Virus record (IMG/VR): IMGVR_UViG_3300022221_000012
Span: 1-48,910 of that record
Source: a virus
Taxonomy: Duplodnaviria > Caudoviricetes
Strand: one strand, 5' to 3'
Length of the DNA stretch: 48,910 bases
The translations under genes and the position numbers were made by a program. The notes beneath the pieces are model-generated. The model saw only the letters and a list, made by a program, of their open reading frames with translations. It had not been told where the DNA came from and did no database searches. Positions 28,033 through 37,928 of the stretch are shown here, piece by piece (within the stretch, counting starts at the first letter, position 1; every line of letters starts with the position of its first letter).

Positions 28033-28682
28033 AGAATCCTGCGTGTTGTATGTCTGCGCCGCTGAGATTGTTTTCTCATGCTATCTGCGCTGTACTTCAT
28101 GCCAAAGCTATCCTCGAATCGAGCAAGAGAAACCATAGCCTTTTCTTCATCGCGCACCTCAACATCTTCTTGAGAATAATAACGATAAAGAACCCAGTCA
28201 ATAAGCCTGCGCTGATGCATTGATTGAATTTCAAACTCATCGTCTAGTTCTTCGATGTCGTATATTGGTGTTCGATATACTTCAAGATTGAGCGTGCCAG
28301 CTTGAGTCGGCTTCGGGTAAATAGTGATCGTGTTGTTTTCAAACATTATAGCCGTAGGCTTTGACGATTCATGGTCGCGCCATCTTGGCATCTGTGTTTC
28401 AAAATGGCTAGGGTGAATGACTTGAAGTGGCGTTCCTTGCCCATTCCAAAGTGCGCTACATACCTCAAATATACGCTGATCTGCTTTGTACGTTCTTTGA
28501 CCGGATAAAACAGCTATTTGCGTCATAGTGCTGCTGTTGTCTTTCAGTAGCCTTGCTCTGGTAGCAGCCTCGGTTTCTGCCTCGGCTGCCCAGTCCAACA
28601 CAAGCGCATCACTCGTTAGGTAAGGCGATTCTAAATCATCAACTCTTGATCTAAACGACTTGACTAGCGCGCTTGCTTCCAT
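28026..28682 (-). CDS. Putative head-tail adaptor protein
   Basis: FRSRVDD, IYPKP, LIDWVLYRYY pattern of podovirus adaptors; position after the capsid genes. Confidence 0.7.
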   Translation of the reverse strand: MEASALVKSFRSRVDDLESPYLTSDALVLDWAAEAETEAATRARLLKDNSSTMTQIAVLSGQRTYKADQRIFEVCSALWNGQGTPLQVIHPSHFETQMPRWRDHESSKPTAIMFENNTITIYPKPTQAGTLNLEVYRTPIYDIEELDDEFEIQSMHQRRLIDWVLYRYYSQEDVEVRDEEKAMVSLARFEDSFGMKYSADSMRKQSQRRRHTTRRILC

Positions 28683-28684
28683 GA

Positions 28685-29089
28685 TTAAGCCTCTAATTCT
28701 TCGTCGGCTTCATCTGCTGCAGTTTTAAGCTCGTTGAACAAGCCATATACTTGTTCTTTGTTCGGGCTAAACCCGCATAGGCTGGCAAGTACACGAAGGT
28801 CTGGCTGGCCTGCTTTTGTCCAGTCAGATTCATCTTCACGCTCAATCATTTGCTTGAGCGCATCCAATATGGCTTTTTCTTCGATGCCTGGGCCGGTATG
28901 TTTTTGGATGTTTTCAGCTTCAATGACCGAACGGCCTTTAATTTCACAGCCAGCCGCAATAGCTAATCGGTGCAAATTGATAGGCAGCTCTCGCCATTCA
29001 TGACCAACAATTGCAGTAGCGCCGCCTTCTGTGGTCGAAACACGGATAGGCTCGCGGTCGTCCGGTGCTTTAAATTCAACATTTGACAT
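28685..29089 (-). CDS. Hypothetical protein of the head cluster
   Basis: Start at MSNVEF after GAGGA; WTKAGQPDL motif. Confidence 0.65.
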   Translation of the reverse strand: MSNVEFKAPDDREPIRVSTTEGGATAIVGHEWRELPINLHRLAIAAGCEIKGRSVIEAENIQKHTGPGIEEKAILDALKQMIEREDESDWTKAGQPDLRVLASLCGFSPNKEQVYGLFNELKTAADEADEELEA

Positions 29090-29111
29090 AGTTATTCCTC
29101 GATGGTGGTTG

Positions 29112-29141
29112 AAAAAAAGCACGCTGATTAGACGTGCTTTT
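29112..29141 (-). terminator. Intrinsic terminator after the capsid/cement genes
   Basis: AAAAGCACG-loop-CGTGCTTTT running into a 7-nt U tract on the - strand. Confidence 0.75.
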
Positions 29142-29170
29142 CTGTTTTTAAGGTGCTTTATGCACCCTTA

Positions 29171-29563
29171 TTAGCCTTCTGTTTCTGTGCCAGCACCCAA
29201 AAGGACGTACTCAACACGTAGCATGCCGCTACCTACCGTACCTGCACCGCCTACTGGTGTGCGGGTGATGCCAAGCGTAGTACGTGGGCCGCGTGCGCCG
29301 TTTGACGAAAAAGCAGTTCGGCCTACGGCCTTAAAGTTCGCGTCATTCAAGTTTGCGTTAGGTGCGCCCGATGTGCCAACGTCAAGAACGTCAGTAGTCA
29401 CAGTGTCAGACGCTACTTCGACAATCACCTCACCGCTTACTACCAGCGCATTAGCCGGTAGGTCAACAAGTGGGACAAAAGTAGAGGCAGGAAGATCGGC
29501 AATATCAAAAGTGACTAAAGCCGATTTTGTTTGTTGGCGAATAGCCTTGTAAAGAATAGTCAT
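29171..29563 (-). CDS. Putative capsid cement/decoration protein
   Basis: 130-aa beta-rich protein directly after the major capsid gene; LPANALVV..LDVG. Confidence 0.7.
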   Translation of the reverse strand: MTILYKAIRQQTKSALVTFDIADLPASTFVPLVDLPANALVVSGEVIVEVASDTVTTDVLDVGTSGAPNANLNDANFKAVGRTAFSSNGARGPRTTLGITRTPVGGAGTVGSGMLRVEYVLLGAGTETEG

Positions 29564-29578
29564 GGCTTTAGCTCCAGG

Positions 29579-30697
29579 TTAGGCCGCATGATCAAGAGCC
29601 ATCAAGCCGAAGTCTTGAGTGCTGTTGTCATAGACAGAGTGGAATTGAGGCTTGAGAATACCGCACATTTTAGCTACGGCAATAGCTGACTTGTTCTTGA
29701 AGTCAGTTTGTTCTTCTTCCCACATTGGGGAACCCAAGTCTGCGAGTGCAAGCGCTTGCGCGCCTAGCAATAGTGTGCGCGTGCCATCTACTGCGCCGCC
29801 TGCGCCCCATTTGCTACCTGATGCAGCGCCACGAGTATTAAATACCTTCGTGTACGAATGGATTACAGCGCCATGCATAGTGACCTGTGCGCCTGAGAAC
29901 ATCTTATTATCATTGCCGCGCACGTCACCAGTGACAATCGCATTACGAAAGTCAGGATCACGCCATAAAGCGGCAAGGGTTTTAGGATGCACTAGGAAAA
30001 CAAAGTAATCTTTGCCTTTGCTGTGTACTGGCTTAACGCGGCGTGATTCAGCTTCGGCAATAAGCTCTGGGATCATTGCGTATTTAGCAGTATCGGTAGC
30101 GGCGACCTGAGTTGTGTCGCCGTCTGCCAACGAGCCTGAACCAGAGTTTGACCAACGGAAATGACGTTTGCTGGACGGCGCTTTTACATCTGCAGCATAA
30201 GCTAATGATGTCCATTCATCTTCTGCGTTAGGCGTTACACGAACAGAACCATCTAGGTTATATGCAAAACTAATGCCTGATGCTGCAAGCATCAATTGTT
30301 CTTCGATGGTTTCTGCTTGCCAGCGACCTAGCTTGTCGCGTGCTGGTTCACGGAAACGTAGAACTGAACGCTGGTCAGCCATTTTGCCTTTGTCTTTTAC
30401 CGCTTTACGAATCTGGTCAATAGTAATTTCTTGCCAGTAGCTTTGCAGATCGGTTTCACGGCCTGCTAATTGGTTGTCACCAGTTACGCCACCGCCGAAA
30501 ATATCAGCGATAAGGTGAAGCATGGCTGATGCCGTGCCTTTTCGGGTTTTTGTAATTTCTTTGACATGCTCAACAATAGCGCCGTCACCAGTGCCAAGGA
30601 ATTTATCAAAGAAGAATTTATCGCGGAACGATTCATAAGCCGAATGGCCCCACGCCTGCTGTTGTTTGGGCTGCATTGCGCCAAAATCAGTGAACAT
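29579..30697 (-). CDS. Major capsid protein (N4-gp56/DUF4043-like)
   Basis: GVTGDNQLAGRE, ITIDQIRKAV, FLVHP, LLLGAQALALA, QDFG; follows the scaffold gene. Confidence 0.9.
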   Translation of the reverse strand: MFTDFGAMQPKQQQAWGHSAYESFRDKFFFDKFLGTGDGAIVEHVKEITKTRKGTASAMLHLIADIFGGGVTGDNQLAGRETDLQSYWQEITIDQIRKAVKDKGKMADQRSVLRFREPARDKLGRWQAETIEEQLMLAASGISFAYNLDGSVRVTPNAEDEWTSLAYAADVKAPSSKRHFRWSNSGSGSLADGDTTQVAATDTAKYAMIPELIAEAESRRVKPVHSKGKDYFVFLVHPKTLAALWRDPDFRNAIVTGDVRGNDNKMFSGAQVTMHGAVIHSYTKVFNTRGAASGSKWGAGGAVDGTRTLLLGAQALALADLGSPMWEEEQTDFKNKSAIAVAKMCGILKPQFHSVYDNSTQDFGLMALDHAA

Positions 30698-30927
30698 AGA
30701 ATACTCCCTCTAAGGAAATTTGAATTAGGAAGGTATGACCTATTTCGCTGGCCTGTAGCGGAAGCGCCTTTTTATCGTTAGACGAAAACGAGCTGCTGAC
30801 CTAGCCACTGAGTATGTTTTTCGCTACATACAGCGATAGCGCCACTTGGCGAATGAGCCGCGCTTTGGCAGGGCGCGGCATCCTGTACATCATTAGGCTA
30901 AAATAATCAAGGGTTTTCGCCTTGTTG

Positions 30928-31923
30928 TCAAGACTTTCCTTCCAAAATAGCTTTTTTTTGTTCCTTTGTCAGCTTGGCATAATCATCATAACTGCTTTGT
31001 TCATTAAACAATACGTCTGCCGTGTCTGTTACTCGCGTGCTTGAGCCTGTCGATTTAACGTCAGGACTCATAGAAGCCTGTGCTGCCCTAATCGCTGCTT
31101 GCTTTTCTCGCTCTTGGCGCACCTTGTCGTTAGGCTGTTCTTTTTCTTTGTTTGGGTTTTCCCATCCATCGCCCTCTGCGACCATGAATGCGATTTTTTC
31201 AGCCCTAGACAATAGCTCAGTAGGCGTTAATTTCCCGCCCGTCTGAGCATCAATACTGGCTATCGTTGCGTGCATTGCAGCCTTGCGGCCTTCGTCGGCC
31301 ATAAATGATTCGTTTCTTGATTCCCATGCTAGCGCGGCTGTATTCCAGTCATTCTTTGATGCTTCTGCGGCCCTATTGATTCGGTCGTTATATTCTTCAA
31401 CTTTAGCAATATGCGCTGCTTCTGCTTTGTTGATCTCTCGGCCTTTAGCAAATAACTCGCCTGCGTCAATGTCGCCATCGTCATATTGCTTTTGCAGGGC
31501 TGCTGCTTCTGCATCAAAATCACGGTCTGTTTCCGGCGCTGTGCCTGCTGATTTAACGATGGACTCAAGCAATGATAGCTTTTCGCTCATGTGTGCATTA
31601 GCTTCTTTTAGTTCGTTGCTCTTTCTCAAAGACTCATCAAGTCTTGCCTTGGGTATCTTTGGTACTGACTTCTTGCCTTCATCATTATTTGTTTCTGGCT
31701 TGGCTGCATCGCCTTCGCTTTCAGATTCGCCCTCGCCCTCGCCCTCTGCATCGGCATCGGCATCGGCATCTTCGGAAGCCTCCAATTCTTTATCTTCGGA
31801 TTCTTCGTTTTCAGAGTCGTCTGATTTTCCGGCTGCAATGCTACGCATTTCAGCGCGATCTTCTTCACTCATGTTGTCAGGGTGTACTGTTCCTAGCATA
31901 TCTTCGGTTTTTGCTGTGGTCAT
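30928..31923 (-). CDS. Capsid scaffolding protein
   Basis: Acidic N-terminus, IPKARLDE motif, helical; between portal and capsid. Confidence 0.8.
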   Translation of the reverse strand: MTTAKTEDMLGTVHPDNMSEEDRAEMRSIAAGKSDDSENEESEDKELEASEDADADADAEGEGEGESESEGDAAKPETNNDEGKKSVPKIPKARLDESLRKSNELKEANAHMSEKLSLLESIVKSAGTAPETDRDFDAEAAALQKQYDDGDIDAGELFAKGREINKAEAAHIAKVEEYNDRINRAAEASKNDWNTAALAWESRNESFMADEGRKAAMHATIASIDAQTGGKLTPTELLSRAEKIAFMVAEGDGWENPNKEKEQPNDKVRQEREKQAAIRAAQASMSPDVKSTGSSTRVTDTADVLFNEQSSYDDYAKLTKEQKKAILEGKS

Positions 31924-31944
31924 AACTATTCCTCTTTGGTGGTG

Positions 31945-34023
31945 TTAAGGCGTACTAGTCATTCCGACGTTCATTCCTACGTCTGGATTGTCTGGTGTAA
32001 GTGGGTTGGTGTTTTCTGGTGGTGGCTGTACTTGCGATGGATCAACTGTTGGAACTAATGGCGCTGCATCTTGATCTTCAAAGCCTGCTGACTTCAATAA
32101 TTGTTCAGCAAGCGCTGATGTACTTGGCATAGTCGCTACAATTTGAGCCGTTCTTACTGATGAGAACATCGCCTCTACAGATTTATTCACGGCTTCAATC
32201 TTGGCCTTGTGCGCTTGAGCATGTATTAGCGCGGCTCTTGCTTCTGCTTCTGGATCGGCGCGGCCTTGGCTTTCCTGCATTGCTGCCGCTATTTCTTCTT
32301 TGTCGGCCAAAGATGATAGCTTGATCATCACATGATTAGGAATAGGAATCCCCATTGTCCTTAACCGCTCGGCTTGATCAAACTGCGAATTATCGAATGT
32401 GACGTTAATCGGCTGCGATGTGATTGCAACATCGTATTCACCTATTGTTAAATCATTGAGTATCATGCCGTCTTGATACTTATTGACGCTTAGCATGCTG
32501 TCTCTTTCGATACCAAACTTGTCTGACTCTGTAATCCTGATCAGCCTTTCCCCGATGTAATAATACTGAATGCGCTCTAGTACGCGCTCAGACACCATGC
32601 AGCGTGTACGCTCTAAGTTATCCAGAGAAACCGCTAGCCTTTGTTGTGCCGCATGCTGCAGGCTTTGAATTGCCACACCTGACTTATCGGTACTATCAAT
32701 GCCCTGCATTGATTCATCCATGGATGTTGTGGATTTTACGCCATTCACGCCTATCTCTAACAGTTTCATAACCCCAGGCGGTACGTTCTGTGCGTTGATC
32801 TTCTCCGGCTTGCCCTTGTTCGGGTTGTACTCAACCACCAGTCCTGTTTCCGCTCCGCGCTCCTCAAAATCATCAATGGTCATATTGGTTAGCGATCCCT
32901 CTGGCACAAACCAGCCGCTATTTGCCATAGAAGAAACAATATCTTGAAATGACGATATTGCTTTATTCGTTATTTCTTGTGGGCTTATTGCGTTATCGAC
33001 CATGCCAACGGTCTTTCCTCGCCTAAAATATGGGAAAAACGGCACAATATCGAAGTTAGAGAAGGGTGTAATTTCGTCATGCACGCATAACTCTGGCAAA
33101 CATATTGATCTACGCACTACACGCATTCTGCGCTTTGTTACATAGAGGCCAGCATCCAATAATGCCTGTACTGTTTCACGTGGAGCACCTTCAATACTCC
33201 GGAAGTCGCCGGTAGGGAATCGAACGCAAAGCATTTTTTTGTACTCGTAGCGCTGCCAATCTAAAATTCGATACCTGATAATGTCGCCTATCTGATGCCA
33301 GCCACGCCCACGCCCATATATGCTGCCAAATCTTGCGCGCTCGATTCCGTATTCAGCGCCCCAATCTTCGTTATCACGTGTCCACCGGCTTGTTTCTTCC
33401 TTGATTCTTTCCGCAAGCTTATGGCCTAGAAATTGCTCAATATCTACTTCGCTCATCCAGCGCTGCACCTGTATGTCGCCCCATGTGCTTGGGTCATATG
33501 ACTTAGCATCGGTATCTGGGATCACGTCTAACGGGTCTAGCGATGTTATTTGTATCTCGCCTTGGTCGTTATCGTCGTAGTTCATGCCTACGTGCAAATA
33601 GCCGCGCTGCTGAATTAGCCCATCAGAAAATGCCTGAGTTTCATGATAACGGTACTTTGTTCGATCAAGGACATGCTTCGTCACACGCGACAATAGCTTT
33701 GCTGTATATGCGTCTGCATGGCCACCACGGGGCCGGTACGATACATCCATACGGTTCGCTATTTGATAGCCAATAGCAGCATTGACTGCAGGCATAATTT
33801 CGTTTATTTCATGCGTAGGCCTTCCGTCTTCTTCCATTATTTGTTTATCTTCTGGCTTCCACTGTTTACCGCCGCCTTGGTACATATCATCATTTCTGCG
33901 TGCTTCGCGGCTATATTGCTCATGGCCTCTGGAATGCATGTCCTCGTTGCGCCCGTATGCCTCTCTGGCAAGCTCTTTTTCGGTTTCGCCGTAAGTGCTT
34001 AGGTACTTGGTTTCTGGTTTCAT
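31945..34023 (-). CDS. Portal protein (P22/933W-like)
   Basis: 692 aa after terL; GKQW, GRPTHEINEI, VPFFPY, SGVAI, NDLTIGEYDV. Confidence 0.92.
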   Translation of the reverse strand: MKPETKYLSTYGETEKELAREAYGRNEDMHSRGHEQYSREARRNDDMYQGGGKQWKPEDKQIMEEDGRPTHEINEIMPAVNAAIGYQIANRMDVSYRPRGGHADAYTAKLLSRVTKHVLDRTKYRYHETQAFSDGLIQQRGYLHVGMNYDDNDQGEIQITSLDPLDVIPDTDAKSYDPSTWGDIQVQRWMSEVDIEQFLGHKLAERIKEETSRWTRDNEDWGAEYGIERARFGSIYGRGRGWHQIGDIIRYRILDWQRYEYKKMLCVRFPTGDFRSIEGAPRETVQALLDAGLYVTKRRMRVVRRSICLPELCVHDEITPFSNFDIVPFFPYFRRGKTVGMVDNAISPQEITNKAISSFQDIVSSMANSGWFVPEGSLTNMTIDDFEERGAETGLVVEYNPNKGKPEKINAQNVPPGVMKLLEIGVNGVKSTTSMDESMQGIDSTDKSGVAIQSLQHAAQQRLAVSLDNLERTRCMVSERVLERIQYYYIGERLIRITESDKFGIERDSMLSVNKYQDGMILNDLTIGEYDVAITSQPINVTFDNSQFDQAERLRTMGIPIPNHVMIKLSSLADKEEIAAAMQESQGRADPEAEARAALIHAQAHKAKIEAVNKSVEAMFSSVRTAQIVATMPSTSALAEQLLKSAGFEDQDAAPLVPTVDPSQVQPPPENTNPLTPDNPDVGMNVGMTSTP

Positions 34024-34033
34024 AGCTTCCTTC

Positions 34034-35464
34034 TCAAGAGGTCATTGCGCTGCGTCGAGCATTGCGCTTCATTGCAATTAGTTTCTTAATCCAAGCAGGA
34101 TCAGCGCTTGTGTTCGGTCTGGTATCAATCCACTGTCCCCACTGCCGGAATGCGTCAGCATAGTCTGAAAATGAGTCATGTACGGCGCTATCAGTAAATG
34201 CTTGTAGCGGCTCAGACCATTTTTTCCTATAGCAATCTAATGCAGCAATCCCATCGCCACAGCCTTCTTCGTCTATCCAACACTGGGTCATTGCAGCGCG
34301 GGTAAGCTGAATCCCAGTGTAAACATGAGGCGTGCGCGGGATTATGTCGAATTTATGGTTCGGCATCAATTCGCCAAGTATGTCTATATTTCTTTTCCCC
34401 GTCTGTACAGTGTTATTTGCGCCGTCATGCGGCAAGTAATGCGTACCATACACGTAGCCGCGCTCCTGCGACAACTTCAGCAGATGCGTTGCGTAGTGCG
34501 AGAACCACTCGCCGCTGTTGTGGTAAGCATAAATAAACCTGTGTTGCAGCCCTACTTGTTGGTGGAACCAGATGGCCGTGCAGTCATTAAACCCAATATC
34601 CCAGAAGGTATTTACTGGGATACCTGCAACAAACGGAACCTTACCTATCCGGTTTTCTGCCCTGGCGCGTTGCATTTCGTTTACATAGAAAGCGCCTTTG
34701 ACTCTGTTGCCGCTCCATAACCCATCTAATAGCGCCTCGCGCTCGTCGGGAGGCAGGTTCATCAATGACTCTCTGTAGCCTGTGCCGCGCAGATATTCAT
34801 TATCTGTCAGTTTTGCCGGAATAAACCGCCTGATAATTGTTTCAGGCACTTCGATATAGCCGCCTTTGCCATCCTTGACTTCGCGCATTATTTCCAGCTT
34901 ACGCATGCTTGCTTTGCCGTCCGGCTTGATGCCGAAGCGCTCCATAACCCATTTTTGACCTGGGCCATCTGGGTTCGTTGCAGATCGCACATACCTAGGC
35001 AAACTAGGGTCGATTGTTCTGTTACGCGATATTAGGTACTCATAGCAAACAGGCGTAGGCCATAGCGTTAGCTCGTCAAAGTCAATGACATTGTAGGCTT
35101 TGCCACGATGCTTGAATCTATCGTTATCGTGAGCAAGGTAGCCAAAATATATCTTTGCTCCGCTCGGCGCGCTCCAAAAATGGTCGTTTTTGTTGTACTT
35201 AATACCAGGTATCGAGGCTGGGTACAGCTCATGCGAGCGATCAATTAAATCTGTCAGCTCTGGGAAAGAGCGCCGGAATATAATCGCACGGTGATTTTTA
35301 TTAGAAATCGCATTGTGCTGCAGTCCTAATATATCTATTAGAAGTGCATCGGACTTGCCGCCGCCTGCTGCCCCTCCGTAACATACTTCATAGTCAGGAC
35401 ATGCCAAGAACTCTATTTGCTTCTTTTGTGGTGTCCATACGATCTCGTAATCTTTACTTGCCAT
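34034..35464 (-). CDS. terL: Terminase large subunit
   Basis: Walker A GGAAGGGKS, Walker B VIDFDE, ATNP coupling motif, nuclease WDIG and DYADAFR. Confidence 0.95.
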   Translation of the reverse strand: MASKDYEIVWTPQKKQIEFLACPDYEVCYGGAAGGGKSDALLIDILGLQHNAISNKNHRAIIFRRSFPELTDLIDRSHELYPASIPGIKYNKNDHFWSAPSGAKIYFGYLAHDNDRFKHRGKAYNVIDFDELTLWPTPVCYEYLISRNRTIDPSLPRYVRSATNPDGPGQKWVMERFGIKPDGKASMRKLEIMREVKDGKGGYIEVPETIIRRFIPAKLTDNEYLRGTGYRESLMNLPPDEREALLDGLWSGNRVKGAFYVNEMQRARAENRIGKVPFVAGIPVNTFWDIGFNDCTAIWFHQQVGLQHRFIYAYHNSGEWFSHYATHLLKLSQERGYVYGTHYLPHDGANNTVQTGKRNIDILGELMPNHKFDIIPRTPHVYTGIQLTRAAMTQCWIDEEGCGDGIAALDCYRKKWSEPLQAFTDSAVHDSFSDYADAFRQWGQWIDTRPNTSADPAWIKKLIAMKRNARRSAMTS

Positions 35465-36068
35465 TTCCGGCCTGTTTTATTCGTATGGCTTGATCTACAT
35501 TGCCCTCTGCAATGTCTTTAGCTGGCACAACAATGTACCCTGTTACCTGCGTTTGCGGCAAAGGCTTGCCGTCTGGGCCTACCGGCGCTTTAGGTGCTGA
35601 GTCCAGTCCGAGTATCCCTGTTAATGATTTAAGCGCCGCGTTTTTATCATAGAACTTCAATTTCTTTGTGAAGCCGATTAGCTCCCTTTCTTCGCCACGT
35701 CCTTGAAATTCCTCGAATGTCTCTATGCCTGAAACAGCACATCGCATTTCGTGGTTCCATTCATGCGGCTGCTTCACTGTTCCATTTTCATTGTAGAACG
35801 TCGAAGGCTCTGCAAAAGCGATTCTTGCTAGCTCCAAAATAACCCGCTGCGCTGTTGCATTATTGGCCTGTTCTAGCATCTTCTGGCCTTCTTTAAGCGC
35901 CACTTGGAACTGCTCTTTCATCATAAGCTGCCTGCCATAGCATTCGCTAATACCTACCGCACGCGATGCCTCAGCCGAAGTCATGCCTTGTTTTAGCTTG
36001 CCAATAAAGTCAATGTGCCTAGCGTTCATTATCTGCTTCTTGGCGGCCGTTTTAGTTTTATTCTTCAT
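35454..36068 (-). CDS. terS: Terminase small subunit
   Basis: N-terminal HTH-like region, VILELARIAF, KLKFYDKNAAL; overlaps the terL start. Confidence 0.88.
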   Translation of the reverse strand: MKNKTKTAAKKQIMNARHIDFIGKLKQGMTSAEASRAVGISECYGRQLMMKEQFQVALKEGQKMLEQANNATAQRVILELARIAFAEPSTFYNENGTVKQPHEWNHEMRCAVSGIETFEEFQGRGEERELIGFTKKLKFYDKNAALKSLTGILGLDSAPKAPVGPDGKPLPQTQVTGYIVVPAKDIAEGNVDQAIRIKQAGNGK

Positions 36069-36095
36069 TGTTTGTCCTGTGGTGTATTTCAAGAA

Positions 36096-36590
36096 CTAAT
36101 CAATCACTTCGACACATACATAGGTATGGCTAATGCCTGCGCTCAGACCAACAATGTCCAATGAAGCGCCTGAATCCTGCAATGCAAATACCCTAAATAC
36201 ATTTATGCCTGGTGTTAGTGGTATTACAGGCGTAGCGATAGTCAGTCCTATATCTGTAGCTGCTGCTGCCGGTAATTGATTATATGTTCGTCCGGCAAAT
36301 GCTGTTGATCCATTAAGCGATAAATATAGATTTCTAACACCCAAAGACCCGTTCGATGCGAATCTACATTGTGCTGTGATCCGCACTGCGCTTGCATCCG
36401 AAGGGATATCGATTTGATCTGGGCTTCCTATGGCCCAAAAAGCATGGCCATCTTGATATACCGCTGCGCTCCAACCTATTGAGGTGTTAGCCCCAGTAGT
36501 CAGGCTAATGTTGCTATTGACCTCTAAAAGACAACGCTTTTTTGCTCCGGATACTGCGCCTAGAAACTGTGATAATAAAATATCTGGCAT
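36096..36590 (-). CDS. Putative fibre-tip/receptor-binding beta-sandwich protein
   Basis: Beta-rich 164 aa, C1q/fibre-tip-like pattern (VFALQDSGASL). Confidence 0.55.
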   Translation of the reverse strand: MPDILLSQFLGAVSGAKKRCLLEVNSNISLTTGANTSIGWSAAVYQDGHAFWAIGSPDQIDIPSDASAVRITAQCRFASNGSLGVRNLYLSLNGSTAFAGRTYNQLPAAAATDIGLTIATPVIPLTPGINVFRVFALQDSGASLDIVGLSAGISHTYVCVEVID

Positions 36591-36608
36591 TATGCCTCCG
36601 TAAAGAAA

Positions 36609-37928
36609 TTAACTTGTTGTTGTCCATGTCGCACCATTCCAAAACTTAGCTGGCTTAGTGTCAAAAGATGAGCCTAGCCAAACCTTTGCTGGCTTTAGAC
36701 CGAATGTGGCCCCATCGTGATACTTGATATTACCGCCTGTAGCGGCTGCAGTAATTGTCACTGCTGGCGTTTGGCTTATCGTGCCTTGCGCGCTGCCGTT
36801 TATCAGCACACGAAATTGGTATGTGCTGCCTTCGTTAGATGCATCACTGGCGCTAACGCACCACTCATCCTCTCGATATTGATTGTTCGTTAAATCAATT
36901 GCATCGCTTGGGTTTTCATCGTCTTGTATTCGACCCCCACCAAAGTTTGCGGTGGTCTTGCCTGATGGCGCGATCAGTTGCGCCGTGGTATTAGCGCCTG
37001 ATGCTGCAATGTGGGCAGATGCCGCAAGAATAAACGCCTTGGCACGATGTGTAGTTACTTGTTTGCTGTATTCTTGCGCTGAGTTGTTAGTCAGTATCAC
37101 CCATCGCGAAGCGCTCGGGCCTAGTGTTGATAGTGAATTTTTCGCGGTAGAGTTTAGATTATTTAAGTTTAGCGATACAGAGCCAGTTGCCCACGAAACA
37201 ATCGCAGCAGATACATCAACTTCGTTCGCTGAGCCTGCCAGAGTTGCAGCATCAGAAATATAAACTTTGCCCGCGCCTTGCGTAGCACCAAAATTCAGGC
37301 CAGCAATAACGACGTTTGCATTGTCGTAATCAAACTCGCTCGGCGTTACCGTGCTGATGCCTGCGCTGTCTACTCCATACTCTCTCCATGTGCTAAACGC
37401 TATATCATTTACAAAATCAGACGTAGGAGTATTAAAACGAATGCGTATCCAAAGCGTGCTTGTTTTCGGCACCGCAGAAAAATCAAACGTGCGGTCAAGC
37501 CAAGCATCGGTGGCTGTGCCCTGCACGGTTGTTAGTATCGTCCAATCTGTTGTTTCATTCGGGCTGGCCACAATTGCGTATTCAACGTAATAAGCAGCGG
37601 TAACTAATATATTTAGGTTGTGCTTAATGTCTAAAAATACGTTTTGCGTATTATTGTTAAAGCTTATATTTCGCTTAATCGCCCAAACTGACGAAATAGC
37701 GGGGGAAGAAGTTTCTGTATATACAAACCCAGCCCGACCGGGCGGGTTAGCGCTCGGCCCTGTACCTGTTGATGCTGTTGAATTTACACCCAAGCACCAC
37801 TCGCCTGCGGTGTTTGTTACCGCAAGGCCACTGCCTGCAGGCTGTACTGTGCCCGCGCGATTTGTAAAACGAAAATCTGCCTCAATGGCCGTGTCGTTGT
37901 CTAAAAAATTAGTGTAATCAAAAGCCAT
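36609..37928 (-). CDS. Putative fibre/adhesin protein (MAM/lectin-like and IPT-like domains)
   Basis: TASTGTGP..FVYTETS..DIAF (MAM-like); IAGLNFGATQGAGKVYI (IPT/TIG-like); ends KFWNGATW. Confidence 0.6.
   Translation of the reverse strand: MAFDYTNFLDNDTAIEADFRFTNRAGTVQPAGSGLAVTNTAGEWCLGVNSTASTGTGPSANPPGRAGFVYTETSSPAISSVWAIKRNISFNNNTQNVFLDIKHNLNILVTAAYYVEYAIVASPNETTDWTILTTVQGTATDAWLDRTFDFSAVPKTSTLWIRIRFNTPTSDFVNDIAFSTWREYGVDSAGISTVTPSEFDYDNANVVIAGLNFGATQGAGKVYISDAATLAGSANEVDVSAAIVSWATGSVSLNLNNLNSTAKNSLSTLGPSASRWVILTNNSAQEYSKQVTTHRAKAFILAASAHIAASGANTTAQLIAPSGKTTANFGGGRIQDDENPSDAIDLTNNQYREDEWCVSASDASNEGSTYQFRVLINGSAQGTISQTPAVTITAAATGGNIKYHDGATFGLKPAKVWLGSSFDTKPAKFWNGATWTTTS

Noticed and set aside
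31715-31775. GCATCG and CCCTCG short tandem repeats as a contingency locus
   Set aside because: In-frame hexamers encoding the acidic DA/EG linker of the scaffold protein; slippage would not switch the frame
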